Shown here one piece after another: positions 12,722-24,455 of a stretch of 64,000 nt of DNA (the stretch's first letter is position 1; each line of letters starts with the position of its first letter). A program made the position numbers and the translations under genes. The notes beneath the pieces are model-generated. The model saw only the letters and a list, made by a program, of their open reading frames with translations, had not been told where the DNA came from and ran no database searches. Location of the stretch: positions 81,158,001 to 81,222,000 of the forward strand of contig OZ024741.1 in the NCBI GenBank assembly GCA_964016885.1, given 5' to 3'. The DNA is from Eledone cirrhosa. Taxonomy: Eukaryota.

Positions 12722-13350
12722 GTTCTAATTCAGGCACAAGGATAGAAATTTGGTGATGATAAGAAAGTTGATTAAATTTACACAGTACTTAACTGGTACT
12801 TTATTTTATCAACTTCAGCAAGATGAACGGCAAAGTTGACCTCTGAGAGATTTGAACTCACAACATAAAAGTTTACGCACATTTTAATGATGAGGGGAAA
12901 GTCGATCCAATCAATTTTAGTATAGAACTTATGTATTTTATTTTATCAAGTCTGAAGGATATGGCAGCATCTGGACTCAGAACAGAAAGAGATGGAACAA
13001 ATGCTGTGAAGCATTTTGTCCGATACTCTAAGAAGTCTGCAAATCTACTGACTTGATAATAATAATAATGAAAAAAGTAATCATTTCCAATTTAGGCACA
13101 AAGCCAACAACTTTTGGGAAGTGGGGTCAATTATATCAAATACAAAGGATGAAAGGCAAAGTTGATCATGGTAGCATTTGAACTCAGAACATAAAGAGCC
13201 AGAAGAAACGGTGCAAAACATTTTCTCTAACTCTAATGTTTCTGAAAATTTAACAATTTAGGCAGAAAGCCAGTAATTTAGGGTGAAGGGTTTAGTAGAT
13301 TAAACAGAAGGATGAAAGATAAGATCAGTCTCAAATGGACTTGAACTCAT
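12722..13350 (-). mobile_element. Cluster of ~4 degenerate copies of SINE family B
   Basis: Repeated TTTCTAATTTAGGCACAAGG...AAGGATGAAAGGCAAAGTTGAC...ATTTGAACTCAGAAC blocks, the reverse complement of the copy at 52483-52680. Confidence 0.8.
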
Positions 13351-13362
13351 GTCAGGCAATTT

Positions 13363-13492
13363 CATCATCACCGTTTTACGTCCATTCTTCCATGCTAGCA
13401 TGGGTTAGACAAGTTGTCCTGTTGTGGGCAATGCCAGGTCAAGTGACCATATCTTGCTCACCTGACCTGGCATTGTCCACAACAGGACAACT
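13363..13492 (-). mobile_element. RTE 3' tail fragment with terminal fold-back
   Basis: CATCATCACCGTTTTACGTCC...CATGGGTTAGAC matches the reverse complement of ~51480-51560; 13412-13492 is a hairpin. Confidence 0.85.
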
Positions 13493-13540
13493 ATTCTTTT
13501 ATTGACCAAGATGGCCTAGTAGAGTCACAACAGACATTTA

Positions 13541-14214
13541 ACCCTTTCATTACCATATTTCTTATAAAAGAAAGACACTGTGCATGATTTTCAAACAATT
13601 TTGAAAATATTAAAAGATTTAGAAGGATTAAGTACTATAATTAAACCTCTCATTATTAGCATAATTTAAAATTCATATATAAAATTATATAAATAATTGT
13701 TTTTAGATAAATATAAAATTTTAACCCACTGGTTACTATATTTTCAAATAATTTAGAAAATAAAAAAAAAATTGAAAGGATTTAGTAATGTAACTTTCTC
13801 ATTAAACTGATGTTTGGACCATAACACAACACAACTTAAAGGTTCTTGCATAAAATTATGATGGATGGTTTATAAATACTCTTTTGATACTATATTTTCA
13901 ATTAATTTAAAAACTAATAAAAAAATTTGGAGAGATTTAGTAATCTCATTATTAAACTGGTGTTTGGAGCATAATATTATGATTTTTTTTTTTAGCTAAA
14001 TATATACTCTTTAAAACTTTCATTTCCATATTTCTGCCTATAATTTAGAAAAATAATGAACAATTTCAAGAGATTTAGTAATATAACTTTTTCTCATTAT
14101 TAGCTGGTGTTTGGACCATAAAGGTTTTTTTTATAAAACCATGATGGAAAGTTTTCAGATATATATGAACACTTTAAAACAAAAGTGGTGTCATGTGATT
14201 TTATGTCATAAGGG
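13541..14214. mobile_element. TTAA-flanked (piggyBac-type) MITE with internal tandem subrepeats
   Basis: Begins TTAA|CCCTTTCATTACC and ends CATAAGGG|TTAA; internal repeats of GATTTAGTAATATAAC..CTCATTATTAA.CTGGTGTTTGGA.CATAA; related units continue at 14920-15400 and recur near 32790-33000, 34790, 47157-48110 and 56700-57280. Confidence 0.65.
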
Positions 14215-14577
14215 TTAATCTATAATAAATATAGACTGAAGACATAGCAAGTGAGAGGATTCAAATGTCACAGTTAAATACAATATTCTGTAATGAAGTT
14301 GGTAAATATTATTGCCAACTTAACATTTCACATTTTCAATACAACTCATTTTCTTTTGTTTTATTTATTTATTTGAGATTTCTTGAAATTGAACTATCAA
14401 AGTCTGTGTAAAACCACCATCACCACAATTAATTTTATTTTAGTCCTTATCATTATTATTCTTTGAAGCTTCCTTTGAATTCTGCTTCTTACCCAAATTA
14501 TACCACACATTTTAGAATCAATTGTCACACAAATGATGTCACAAGAGCTGAAACATCAGTAATGTGTTTACAAAGTT

Positions 14578-14780
14578 TTTAAATAGATAATGCCCTTCTC
14601 AGGGCATGGACAGTGCCAGTCAGCATTATTTTCGGTATCTTGTGCAGAGACGGCTTTCTAGGTATGTGGTCCAAATATTTTTCAGTTCCTTTTTTATCAT
14701 TCCAAGAGCACTGACTATCACTGGTATTGTACAGGCTTTAAGATGCCACATTTTCTCAATTTCAGTTGACAGATCTTTAT
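14578..14780 (-). mobile_element. R4/Dong-like (RLE-type) non-LTR retrotransposon C-terminal fragment
   Basis: Minus translation with one frameshift: KDLSTEIEKMWHLKACTIPVIVSALGMIKK...LDHIP...KIMLTGTVHALRRAL, typical of the end of RLE-type ORFs. Confidence 0.7.
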
Positions 14781-14784
14781 ATTT

Positions 14785-14888
14785 ACTACAGCTGAGTAAA
14801 CTGGAACAATGTGAAATAAAGTGTCTTGCTCAAGGAAACAACACATCACCCGGTCTGAGAATTGAACTCACAACCTTTCGATTGCAAG
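14785..14888 (-). mobile_element. Partial SINE family A (tRNA head / CORE-like part)
   Basis: Reverse complement of ~16558-16660. Confidence 0.88.
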
Positions 14889-15651
14889 TTTTCAGATATA
14901 TATGAACACTTTAAAACAAGAATTTGGAGGGATCTAGTAATATAACTAAAGTCTCCATTATTAAGATGGTGTTTGGAACATAACATAGCCCTCTATTGAC
15001 CATATTTCTAATGATACACACTGCCTATAATTTTAAAACCATTTTGAGAATTATCTAAAATATGAAAGGATTTAATAATATAACCCATGCTAGCGTGGAA
15101 GATGGACGTTAAACGAAGATGATGATGATGATGATGATGATGATTTCATTACTAAGTTGGAGTTTGGAATATAATTCTTCTGTTACCATATTGCTAATGA
15201 TAGATAGATAGTGCCTATAATTTTAAAATCATTTAGTAAATACACACTGGAGTATGTTTAATTAACTTTCCCCTTCCCTTCAAATTACTGGCCAAATGTA
15301 GAAATAATTATTCTAGTGTTGGAACATAACAAAGGTTCAAACATGAAATTATGGATGGAATGCAAAATTAAGCACATCAAGATTTTAAAGGTAGAATGTA
15401 AAGACCTGGAACTAAATACTACTATATATTTTGACAGATGTTCTGTTTGAAAGAAATATGATGACAATGAAATTTAATTTACCTTTTCTTACAGTAATTT
15501 GCTGTGACTGATGTTCTTCAAATGAACAACTGAATTGTAAAATCACTTACCTAAAAGAAAATAGAGATAGATAAAATAGTAAGAAACAATCTAACAAAAG
15601 CAATGTAATGATGATAATGATACTAATGATGATGATAATAATAGTAATAAT

Positions 15652-16320
15652 TGTTTCTACTTTAGGCACAAGGCCAGCAATTACCCAGTGCATTACTGGT
15701 ACTTTATTTTATCGACCCCCGTAAGGATGAAAGGCAAAGTCAACCTCGGCGGGATTTGAACTCAGATCGTAAAGGGAATAATGGTGGTTTCTAGTTTAGG
15801 TACAAAGCCAGCAATTTTAAGGGGAAGGCAAGATTTATTAAATCAACCCAAGTACTTGACTGGTACTTTATTTCATTGTTCCTGGGAGGATTTGAACAGA
15901 GTACCAAAATGTATGCTGTAAAATATTCTAATTATTCCGCCAATCCTCTACTCTAATAAGACTTCAAAGAATAATGATTTCTTTCATTGGCCACAAGGAC
16001 CCAAGATAATTGGGACAAAACAAGGCTGAATTACAACACAAAGTGGAGTTTATGTTGAATAAAAAGGATTGCAATCAAGAAAATACAATAAATGTTACAA
16101 TAAATTTCTACCAAGAACAATTCTGCAAGAGGAGGGAAGACTATTTAAAGTAATAATAATATTTTCTAATTTAGGCACAAAGCCAGCATTTTATGGGGAA
16201 GGGAAAGATGGTGATTATATAGATTCTAGTACTTAATTGGTGCTTTGTTTTAGTGACCTCAGAAAGATGAAATGCAAAGTTGACACTGGCAAAATTTGAA
16301 ACCAGATTGTAAAGGGTTAT
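15652..16320 (-). mobile_element. Three copies of SINE family B (~15652-15775, ~15788-15950, ~16163-16320)
   Basis: TTGTTTCTACTTTAGGCACAAGGCCAGCAATT...GGTACTTTATTTTATCGACCCC..AAGGATGAAAGGCAAAGTCAACCTCGGC. Confidence 0.85.
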
Positions 16321-16521
16321 ATTTAGACTCAATGTATAAGTGTAAGTAGAATCAACAATACATATATCTCCCATCCAATCCATATCTATCCATGTAGTTT
16401 GTAACAAAGAGAAATCTCAGTAATATAATAAACATATAATATTCTTTACTTGGTAGTAAGTATTCCCTCTCCATGATTGTGAGCACAAATGTGTATGTGT
16501 GTGTGTGTGTGTATATATATA

Positions 16522-16833
16522 GTGGAGGCACATGGCTTAGTGGTTAGAGCATTGGCCTTGCAATCGAAAGGTTGTGAGTTCAATTCTCAAACCGGGCGAT
16601 GTGTTGTTTCCTTGAGCAAGACACTTTATTTTCGCATTGCTCCAGTTTACTCAGCTGTAGAAATGAGATGGTAGGGACTGGGGTTCCTATCATTCCACTG
16701 CAAAGTGGACGTGTAGGTACCACGGCAAAAAAGCACCCAGCACTCACTGTAAATGAGGTTGGTGTTAGGAATCAAGCCAGAATCAGTTCCTGTCCCACCC
16801 TTGCAAGCAGGGAAAAAGCAGACGTAAAATGAA

Positions 16834-16869
<36 letters not shown>
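16522..16869 (+). mobile_element. SINE family A: tRNA-derived, CORE-like body, RTE-derived tail
   Basis: A box TGGCTTAGTGG, B box GAGTTCAATTC, CORE-like CCTTGAGCAAGACACTTTA...CCAGTTTACTCAGCTGTAGAAATGAG, tail shared with the RTE 3' UTR at ~51293-51450, (GAT)n end. Confidence 0.92.
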
Positions 16870-16883
<14 letters not shown>

Positions 16884-16887
16884 GGTG

Positions 16888-16934
<47 letters not shown>

Positions 16935-16936
<2 letters not shown>

Positions 16937-17821
16937 TCATCATCATCATCGTCGTTTAACGTCCATCTTCCACACTTGCATGGGTTTGGACAGGAGTTTT
17001 CCCACTTGCTCGCATAGGACTGTCTGGCGGGTTTTCTACGGCTGGATGCCCTTCCTAACACCAACGACGTTTACAGTGTGGACTGGGAGGTTTTTACCGT
17101 GTTACCTACACGGCCACATTACAGCGTGGACTGTGTGTTTTTTTTGTCGTGACACCTACACAACCTCATTTGTTTTGGACTGGATGTTGTGGTACCAACA
17201 TAACTTTACATTGAAAGGGGCGGTGTGGATGGGGTGGGGGTAGTGGGACGGGGGTGTATTTTGTTAGAGGTGCCTACTGACTGTAGTAGGTTTCACTTTG
17301 TACTTAGGTAAGGCGGGTCTTCTGTATTACTGTGTAGCGCCAAAGATCTTGGTCCAGTGACATTGCCTTGGAGAGGTGTAAGTGTGTGAGGTCGGAATTT
17401 ATCAAGTCGTCCCAGGTTTTTCTGGGTCTGCCTACTCCGTGGCTACCGTCTATTTTTATTGCCCTGCACTTTTTTATACAGCTGTCGTCTTTCATGCGCA
17501 TCACGTGACCATACCAACATAGTCTTCTCTCGAGTAAACAACATCTGATCCCTCTTATTTCTAATTTTTCCCTTAGTTCGTTTATGTTTTGCCGTTCACA
17601 TATATTACTATTACACATCCAGCGGAGCATGCAAGCTTTGTTCCTCTCCAGTCTGCGTATATCCTCTGCACACAATGCGCATGTCTCACTGCCATGTAAC
17701 ATTGCTGTTCGTATGCAGGCATCATACAGCCTGCCTTTCATTTTTTAGAGAGAAACCTTTAGCGGCCAATAGTGGTATAAGCTCTCTGAACTTTTTCTAT
17801 CCAGTTCTGACTCTAGCTACT
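16935..17821 (-). mobile_element. 5'-truncated RTE LINE, same family as 3856-7497
   Basis: ORF 17304-17741 nearly identical to 6723-7118; complete 3' UTR with (CAT)n on the plus strand. Confidence 0.95.
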
Positions 17822-17889
17822 GATATATATATATATATATCATGATATATATATATATATACATATTCATACAAAACAGTCATATACAA

Positions 17890-19098
17890 TGTTTGGTGCA
17901 GTAGTACATTTATAAATTGCTACAATGGCAAAAGTGATACTCTAGAAAGGAACAACTATAGAGGAATAAAAGTAATGGACCAAGTTATGAAAGTGACGGA
18001 AAGAGTTACAGCACAGCTAATTAGGGAAAGAGCCAAAATAGATGAGATGCAGTTTAGTTTCATGGCTGGGAAAAGTACTATAGATAACCTTCTTAGTGAA
18101 CCAACTACAAGAGAAGTTGCTAGCCAAAAATAAGCCACTATAGCTTTTGTTGATTTAAAAAAGGCCTTTGATAGAGTACCTCAATCTATTATCTGGTGGT
18201 CCTTAAGGAAATTAGGTGTAGAAGAATGGCTTTTGAGAGTAGTGCAAGTCATGTACAGAGGAGCTGTTAGTAAAGTGAGAATAGGAAATGAGTTTAGTGA
18301 GGAATTCAAGGTTCAGGTAAGAAGGAGTTCATCAGGGTTCAGTCTTTAGCCCACTGCTATTAATCATAGTTCTCCCCGCCATAACAGAGGAGTTTAAAAC
18401 TGGCTGCTAATGGGAACTTCTCTATGCAGATGATTTGGTCCTTATAGTTGAAACCATAAGAACTAGAAAATAAGTTCTGATTATGGAAACAGAATTTGGA
18501 ATCAAAGGGTCTGAGCATAAACTTAGCCAAAACTAAAGTGCTAGTGACGAAGATAGAACCTTGATTCCTTCAGGAAAGTGGCCCTGCTCAATATGTAGAA
18601 AAGGAGTAGGCATAAACTCCATATGATGTACACAATGTAAATCTTGTGTACACAAAAGCTGTAGTGGGATAATGAGTAGACTAATGAAAAAGGAGGACTT
18701 TACATGTAGAAGATGCACAGGGATAATTGAGAGGAAGAGTGCCAATGATATAAACCTTTTCTAGTCACAAGAAGGGTCCATAGAAATGATTGATAGCTTC
18801 TGCTACCTAGGTGACTTAATTAAAAGTGGAGGAAGGAGAGAAGACTGTGTGGGTATGGACATGTAATGTGCATGGACAATGAACGTTGGGTGAAGAAATG
18901 TCAGGAAATCCCAGTGGAAGGATGTCACAGTAGAAGACGACCAAGAAAGACCTGGGCAGAGGTTGTGAGATCTGAGATCAAATTGCAAAGGTCCACAGAA
19001 GATATGACGAAGGAATGTGACCAGTGGAGAGATGCCGTGCTGAAAAGAATCTGTCCAATCCATGCAACCATGGACAAAAATGGATGTAAAACAATGAT
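17890..19098 (+). mobile_element. Older, degenerate RTE LINE fragment (RT to 3' end) with an internal deletion near 18835
   Basis: NYRGIKVMDQVMKVTERV, DLKKAFDRVP, YADDLV, KWPCSICRKGVG, DSFCYLGD, RPRKTW motifs with stops; ends AAAACAATGAT. Confidence 0.9.
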
Positions 19099-19494
19099 CA
19101 TATATATATATATATATATTTGCTCCGGACATAACACCCGTGTCTGAAAGAACCCGCAAAAGTAGAATCAGCCAGATCCACACAAGGACCATGACTCGAG
19201 CTACATGCCGGCGAAACATTTGTAACACAAAATAAACTAAGTCCAGATGCATCACTGATTTTTCGTTTTCTTGATAATATTTACACTCTACTCTGATGAA
19301 TATTGAGTGCTAATTTTGGCATACCGCCTATGGAAGCACCATAGCTACCACTATACACAAATATATATATATATATATATACACTCAAGCATAAAACTAA
19401 TAAGACTTGTTTTATCGTATCTCTGCGTTCACCTTGATTATCTTGAACTACAAACTGAACATAGTTGAGCATTTCCATGTATATAACACTTGTC

Positions 19495-19536
<42 letters not shown>

Positions 19537-19675
19537 GAAGATTCAGGGCCTGTCACAAAAAAATATGAAAAGGCAGCCAAAGAAATAACAGAATAGTTAG
19601 TATAATAAATATCTCTCTACCAAAACTCATCCAACAGATTGAGTGCCTTTTTGCAGCACAATTTCACAACATGTA

Positions 19676-19706
<31 letters not shown>

Positions 19707-20128
19707 GAAAACACACACACCATTAGAATACTAGAATACAATAGGAAGAGGAAAAGAGATTCAATAAAAGTGCTTACACATTCACCACCCTACACACATG
19801 TAAACACATACACATATATATGCCATTCTCTGCCCACAAAGAAGTGCTGATCATGCAGGTGAGAGTAAATAGATTATTGGTTCACATTGATTCTCAATGC
19901 ATAAGAAAATAAAAACAGTACACAAAAATAAAATAAAAGTTGACAAGAAAATCCCATACATCATTATTATTATCATCATCACCATCATCACTTGAGAGAA
20001 TGGCTGCATTAGCTTCATTACAATAAGGCCATTGTTTTGATTCCCTCATCACAAGTAGTTTTGTCATACTTTTATTCTCTCTATATCTCTCTTCCTAGGT
20101 GAATATGAATATATATATATATATATAT

Positions 20129-20167
<39 letters not shown>

Positions 20168-20749
20168 CACATACATAAAGAGAATATATATGCATGTGTG
20201 TATAGATACACACATACACACAAATTTTCATATACATATGTATAATGATGATGATGATGCATATGCACATACACACATATGCATGTGTGTCTGTGTGTGT
20301 ATTATCTCACACTGTCCCTCTCCAGGGAAAAAGAGACAAAATACATGCAGAATGAAAGAATCAGTGAATGAAAGAATGGGTGGATGGATGAATATATATA
20401 TGAGTTGAAAAAAAAAGCAACTACAAAAGACACGACCAAGCTAGGTAAGAGATATATTTATGAAACTCTTATGGGATGAACAAAATTAACATGAAATAGA
20501 CAGAGACAAAGAGAGGAGAATGGCTAACATTTAATATGCAAGCAGTGTAATATACATACACACATATATATATATATAGAGAGAGTATTGGTGTGTAATG
20601 TTTAGTTATTGATGGTTCACCAGTACTCAATGCTAATATGTGGGATTCTACATTTGGTACTTCACCATTATTGGTATCCTTAAGAAGCAGAGTGTTAATA
20701 ATGATAATAAGGAGCAGGAATGAAGTATCCATATAACATTAATATATAT

Positions 20750-21050
20750 ATTCACATCTGATGCACGTTTTGCGATCGATCAGCTCAAGGTACAATCAGT
20801 AGTGATCAGGCTCGATTCAGGGAGAGAAAGATGTAGCCACATAAACCACATCTACTCTCCAAATGGGCATCGTTCCTGCACTTTTACTTATTCTTTTCTT
20901 TCTTACTCTACTCTGATATAGGGTTTAACCTGAAATATCAGATTCCTTCTATTTTCACTGTACACACATTGTTCTTATTTTTTGCTTAGTTTTTCAACCA
21001 TGTGTCTTTGTTTTTCACTTCTTGTTACATTACCAATCAGTCTACTACAC
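20750..21050 (+). mobile_element. Probable Penelope-like element 3' remnant with a degenerate hammerhead
   Basis: TCTGATATAGGGTTTAACCTGAAATATCAGA at ~20912-20942 fits a decayed TCTGATGAAGGG..CCCGAAACGTCAGA; T-rich flanks. Confidence 0.45.
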
Positions 21051-21529
21051 TTTAAATCTTCACCATCATGCTACACTGGTTTTCGGCCAATGTCTACTGT
21101 CACAGAGTTTAATTTCCCTAGACTTCTGTGGCAGTGGAATGTTTGGTTGTGATTAATGAATGGCATTTTCTGTGGACAGTAGAATTTCTGTCGCCACCTA
21201 ACTCCCACCTACCAACCAAAAATACTTAGCATTGATGCCTGCATGACATTCAGGAATGGCTTGCCGTTACAACAAACACCAAATTGGCAAGCCATGCCCG
21301 AACCAAATCTATCATCTATTCTGTTTGTGTTTGCTATAATCCTATTATATAACTAATTCTGCAATCAACAGCTAATGAAATTGCCTAAGTCTTGCATCAT
21401 GACTGAATGATGAAATGGGGCCATTGAAATATGTTTAGTGTTTTGCAGAATTAAAATTTTAAAGAAAGTTTCCAGCCCAGTCTTCTGCTGTTTTTTGTGT
21501 ATATATGTATGCGTATGTGTGTGTGACAT

Positions 21530-21830
21530 ATACATACACAAACAAGTATTAGACCTATGTTGGATCTGACAATGAATAATCTGCTCATAAAATTAACATG
21601 TAAGTGACTGAGTATTCCACAGACAGATATGTGTATGCTCAATGCTGTTTTCATGAAAATTCAGCATGACAGTGTGTGACATGACTGGCTGTTGGAACTA
21701 CAGGTACCACACATTTTTGCCAGTTGAATGGACTAGAGCAATGTAAAATAAAGTGTCTTGTATAAGGTAAAAAAAACAAAACACAATGGGGTAAGTTGAA
21801 TGTGCGAATCACTAGCCATATGCCTTCACA
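21530..21830 (-). mobile_element. Degenerate CORE-like SINE with an alternative tail
   Basis: GAGCAATGTAAAATAAAGTGTCTTG CORE-like block; tail GTGGAATACTCAG.CACTTACA shared with ~59610-59840 (+). Confidence 0.6.
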
Positions 21831-21998
21831 CAAACAATCTGTCATTGGTGTTAGTCAGGCTGTGGTCATGCTGAGATACAGCCTTTATTTGATTGATCAT
21901 GTCGACCTCCAGCCCATATACTTTTCAAGTCTGCTTATCTGTGAATCACTAGCTTAATGGACATAAACACAGACACAAATGAAAAGACTGACAAACAT

Positions 21999-22035
<37 letters not shown>

Positions 22036-22854
22036 CACAGTATATACATATTTTAAATTATATTACTGAGTTTACTCTCTGTTGCTACTCTGAGTTGTAT
22101 GACTACCAATAAATTGCAAAACTTGGAGTAGAAATAGGGACTAATTTCAGTAATATAATAAAAAATATATATATACCCTTTACTTTTGAGCACATCCTTT
22201 CTTGTATTTACGAACCCAAACACATATATATAAATATATATATATGTATATATATATATCGGTATGTGTGTATGTATGTATTTAGTTGTGTCAAGGACAT
22301 GAGAATCTTCCTAGTGTCAGTGATCTACATAATAAATACAATCCGTAGACACTGTAAAGTGGCTGGTGATAAGAAGGGCATCCGGCTGCAGAAAGCTTGC
22401 CAAACCAAGGATTGGGAGGACACTTCAGTTGTGTCAAAGATATGACAATCTTCCTAGTGTTGATGCCACAATAAATACACTTGATAGAGCATGGAAATGT
22501 ATGTATGTATATATGATTATAAACATAGCAGTTTCAGCTTATCAAATTCTACCGATGATGAATTGGTTGACCTGCGGTCACATGCAGCAGACTGAAACCA
22601 GAACCATGTAGTTGCAAAGTGAGCTCCTTAACATCACAGCCGTGCTTGCACGATAAAGACACACATATATGGTAATGAAGGAAGAGAAAAAGAAATTGCA
22701 TGTTGTAGGTGTTCAAAGATTGATTTCACCCAGTGGAGATGATGTTTCATGGAAAGCTGCAATAGATAACAGGTTTCTTTACATACACATACACACACAG
22801 GGACACATGTTTATATGTGTATATACATATATATACACATACACACACACTATG

Positions 22855-22900
<46 letters not shown>

Positions 22901-23099
22901 CACACACACAAACATTTGTATGTATATGGATTTATCTATGCTTATAATTATGGTTCCCATGAGGGGAGGAGAAGAATGGGAGAGAAGAGAGTGAGAAAGA
23001 AGGAGAGATAAATGAAAGGGTGGTTAGTGACTGGCAGAAAAAAGATTATATTTATATCCAAGACATGTTGGGTATTTAGCAATCACCTAGAATCCTTCC

Positions 23100-23455
23100 A
23101 TGCCACCACCAACAACACTGCCAATACCACATCACCACCATTGCTAATCCCACCAATACCAACAGCACCACCATCACCAGGACTGCCTATACCACCACCA
23201 CCAGAACTGCCTATACCACCAATACCACCACCACCAGGACTGCTTTTACCACCAATATCACCACCACCTACATCACCAGGACTGCCTATCCCACCAATAC
23301 CATCACATTCAACAACATCAGCAAGACTGCCTATATCACCACCACCACAACCACCACTATCAACAACAACATCAACAGGGCTGCCAATACTACCAATACC
23401 AGCAATACTACCATCATCAACAACATCAACAGCACTGCCAATCCTCCATTACCAA
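23100..23455. repeat. ACC-rich degenerate minisatellite (CCACCAATACCACCA.CACCAGGACTGCCTAT)
   Basis: Direct inspection; explains the Pro-rich ORF 23012-23509. Confidence 0.85.
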
Positions 23456-24039
23456 TGTGAAGCAAGTGCTCCATCCAAAGAAAGAAAAATGAGAAGGGGA
23501 GAGCAGTAAGGGGAAATAGCCTGTATTTATCAGTAGAGGGAAGATGTTGGAATGGACAGAGGGCAGCACCAGCAATATCAACAGTAAAGAGAAGTAAACA
23601 TAAAAGACATTGGACATTGGAATTATTTTGAGACCAGTGAGGAGGATATTGCAGTATGTTAGGGTAATCTTATACAAAAGACAGGGACAAAATACATACA
23701 CACACACAAACACATACATAAACTGGAAATAGACATGCACATAGACACACACACATACGGAAACAAACACATGAACATTCACACAAGCAATCACATAGGC
23801 ATGCACACATGAACACACACACACATGTATGGACACACATCCATGGACACATGCAGCCATATACACAAAGTCAGATAGATACATATACAAGCAGACATAC
23901 TCATGGACACACAAACACACAAATACTGACATAAATACACATGCACAGAACCTCACACACAGTGACCTCTATACACATAGACCCTCCCTGCTCCACTCAT
24001 TTCTGGATGTTTATATAGAAACAGTTACAGTAAATCACA

Positions 24040-24455
24040 TCTTATCGGATAACACAGAATCTCAGTGATTATAGAAATATAACCATATATGGGAAAACAT
24101 GGAATCTTAGTGACTATGGACCCCATCATCAGATGCAGACACCCCCTCCCATCCCTATTTATAAATATGCTTATATAGAAACCCAATAAATCATGTCTTC
24201 TTATCAGATAATACAGAATCTCAGAGACTATGGAAATGACCATGTAGGGATAACGAGAAATCTCAGAGAACCTGGAAATATATGGGAAACACTGAATCTC
24301 AGGGACTATGGCTTTATATGGATAACACAGAATCTCAGTGACTCGGGAATACGACCATATATGGGATAATATGGAATCTGAGGGTCTATGAGAATATGAC
24401 CATATATTAGAAAATACAGAATTCCAGACACTCTGGGAATATAACCATATATGGG
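24040..24455. repeat. ~40-45-bp degenerate tandem repeat (GGATAACACAGAATCTCAGTGACTATGGAAATATGACCATATAT)
   Basis: About 8 diverged units with one interruption at ~24125-24200. Confidence 0.85.

Noticed and set aside
16522-16595. tRNA gene (also at other SINE heads)
   Set aside because: A and B boxes are present but the sequence continues into a SINE body and tail in multiple copies, with no proper acceptor stem or terminator
19283-19340. CTCTACTCTGATGA resembling the Penelope hammerhead starts
   Set aside because: No downstream stem II and GAAA; at best a truncated remnant
23012-23509. Proline-rich (extensin/formin-like) ORF
   Set aside because: ACC-rich degenerate repeat flanked by other simple repeats; no domain or exon evidence
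24040-24455. CRISPR-like array (also 48900-49048 and 51562-51695)
   Set aside because: Units are contiguous and diverged with no unique spacers, there are no cas genes, and the context is eukaryotic
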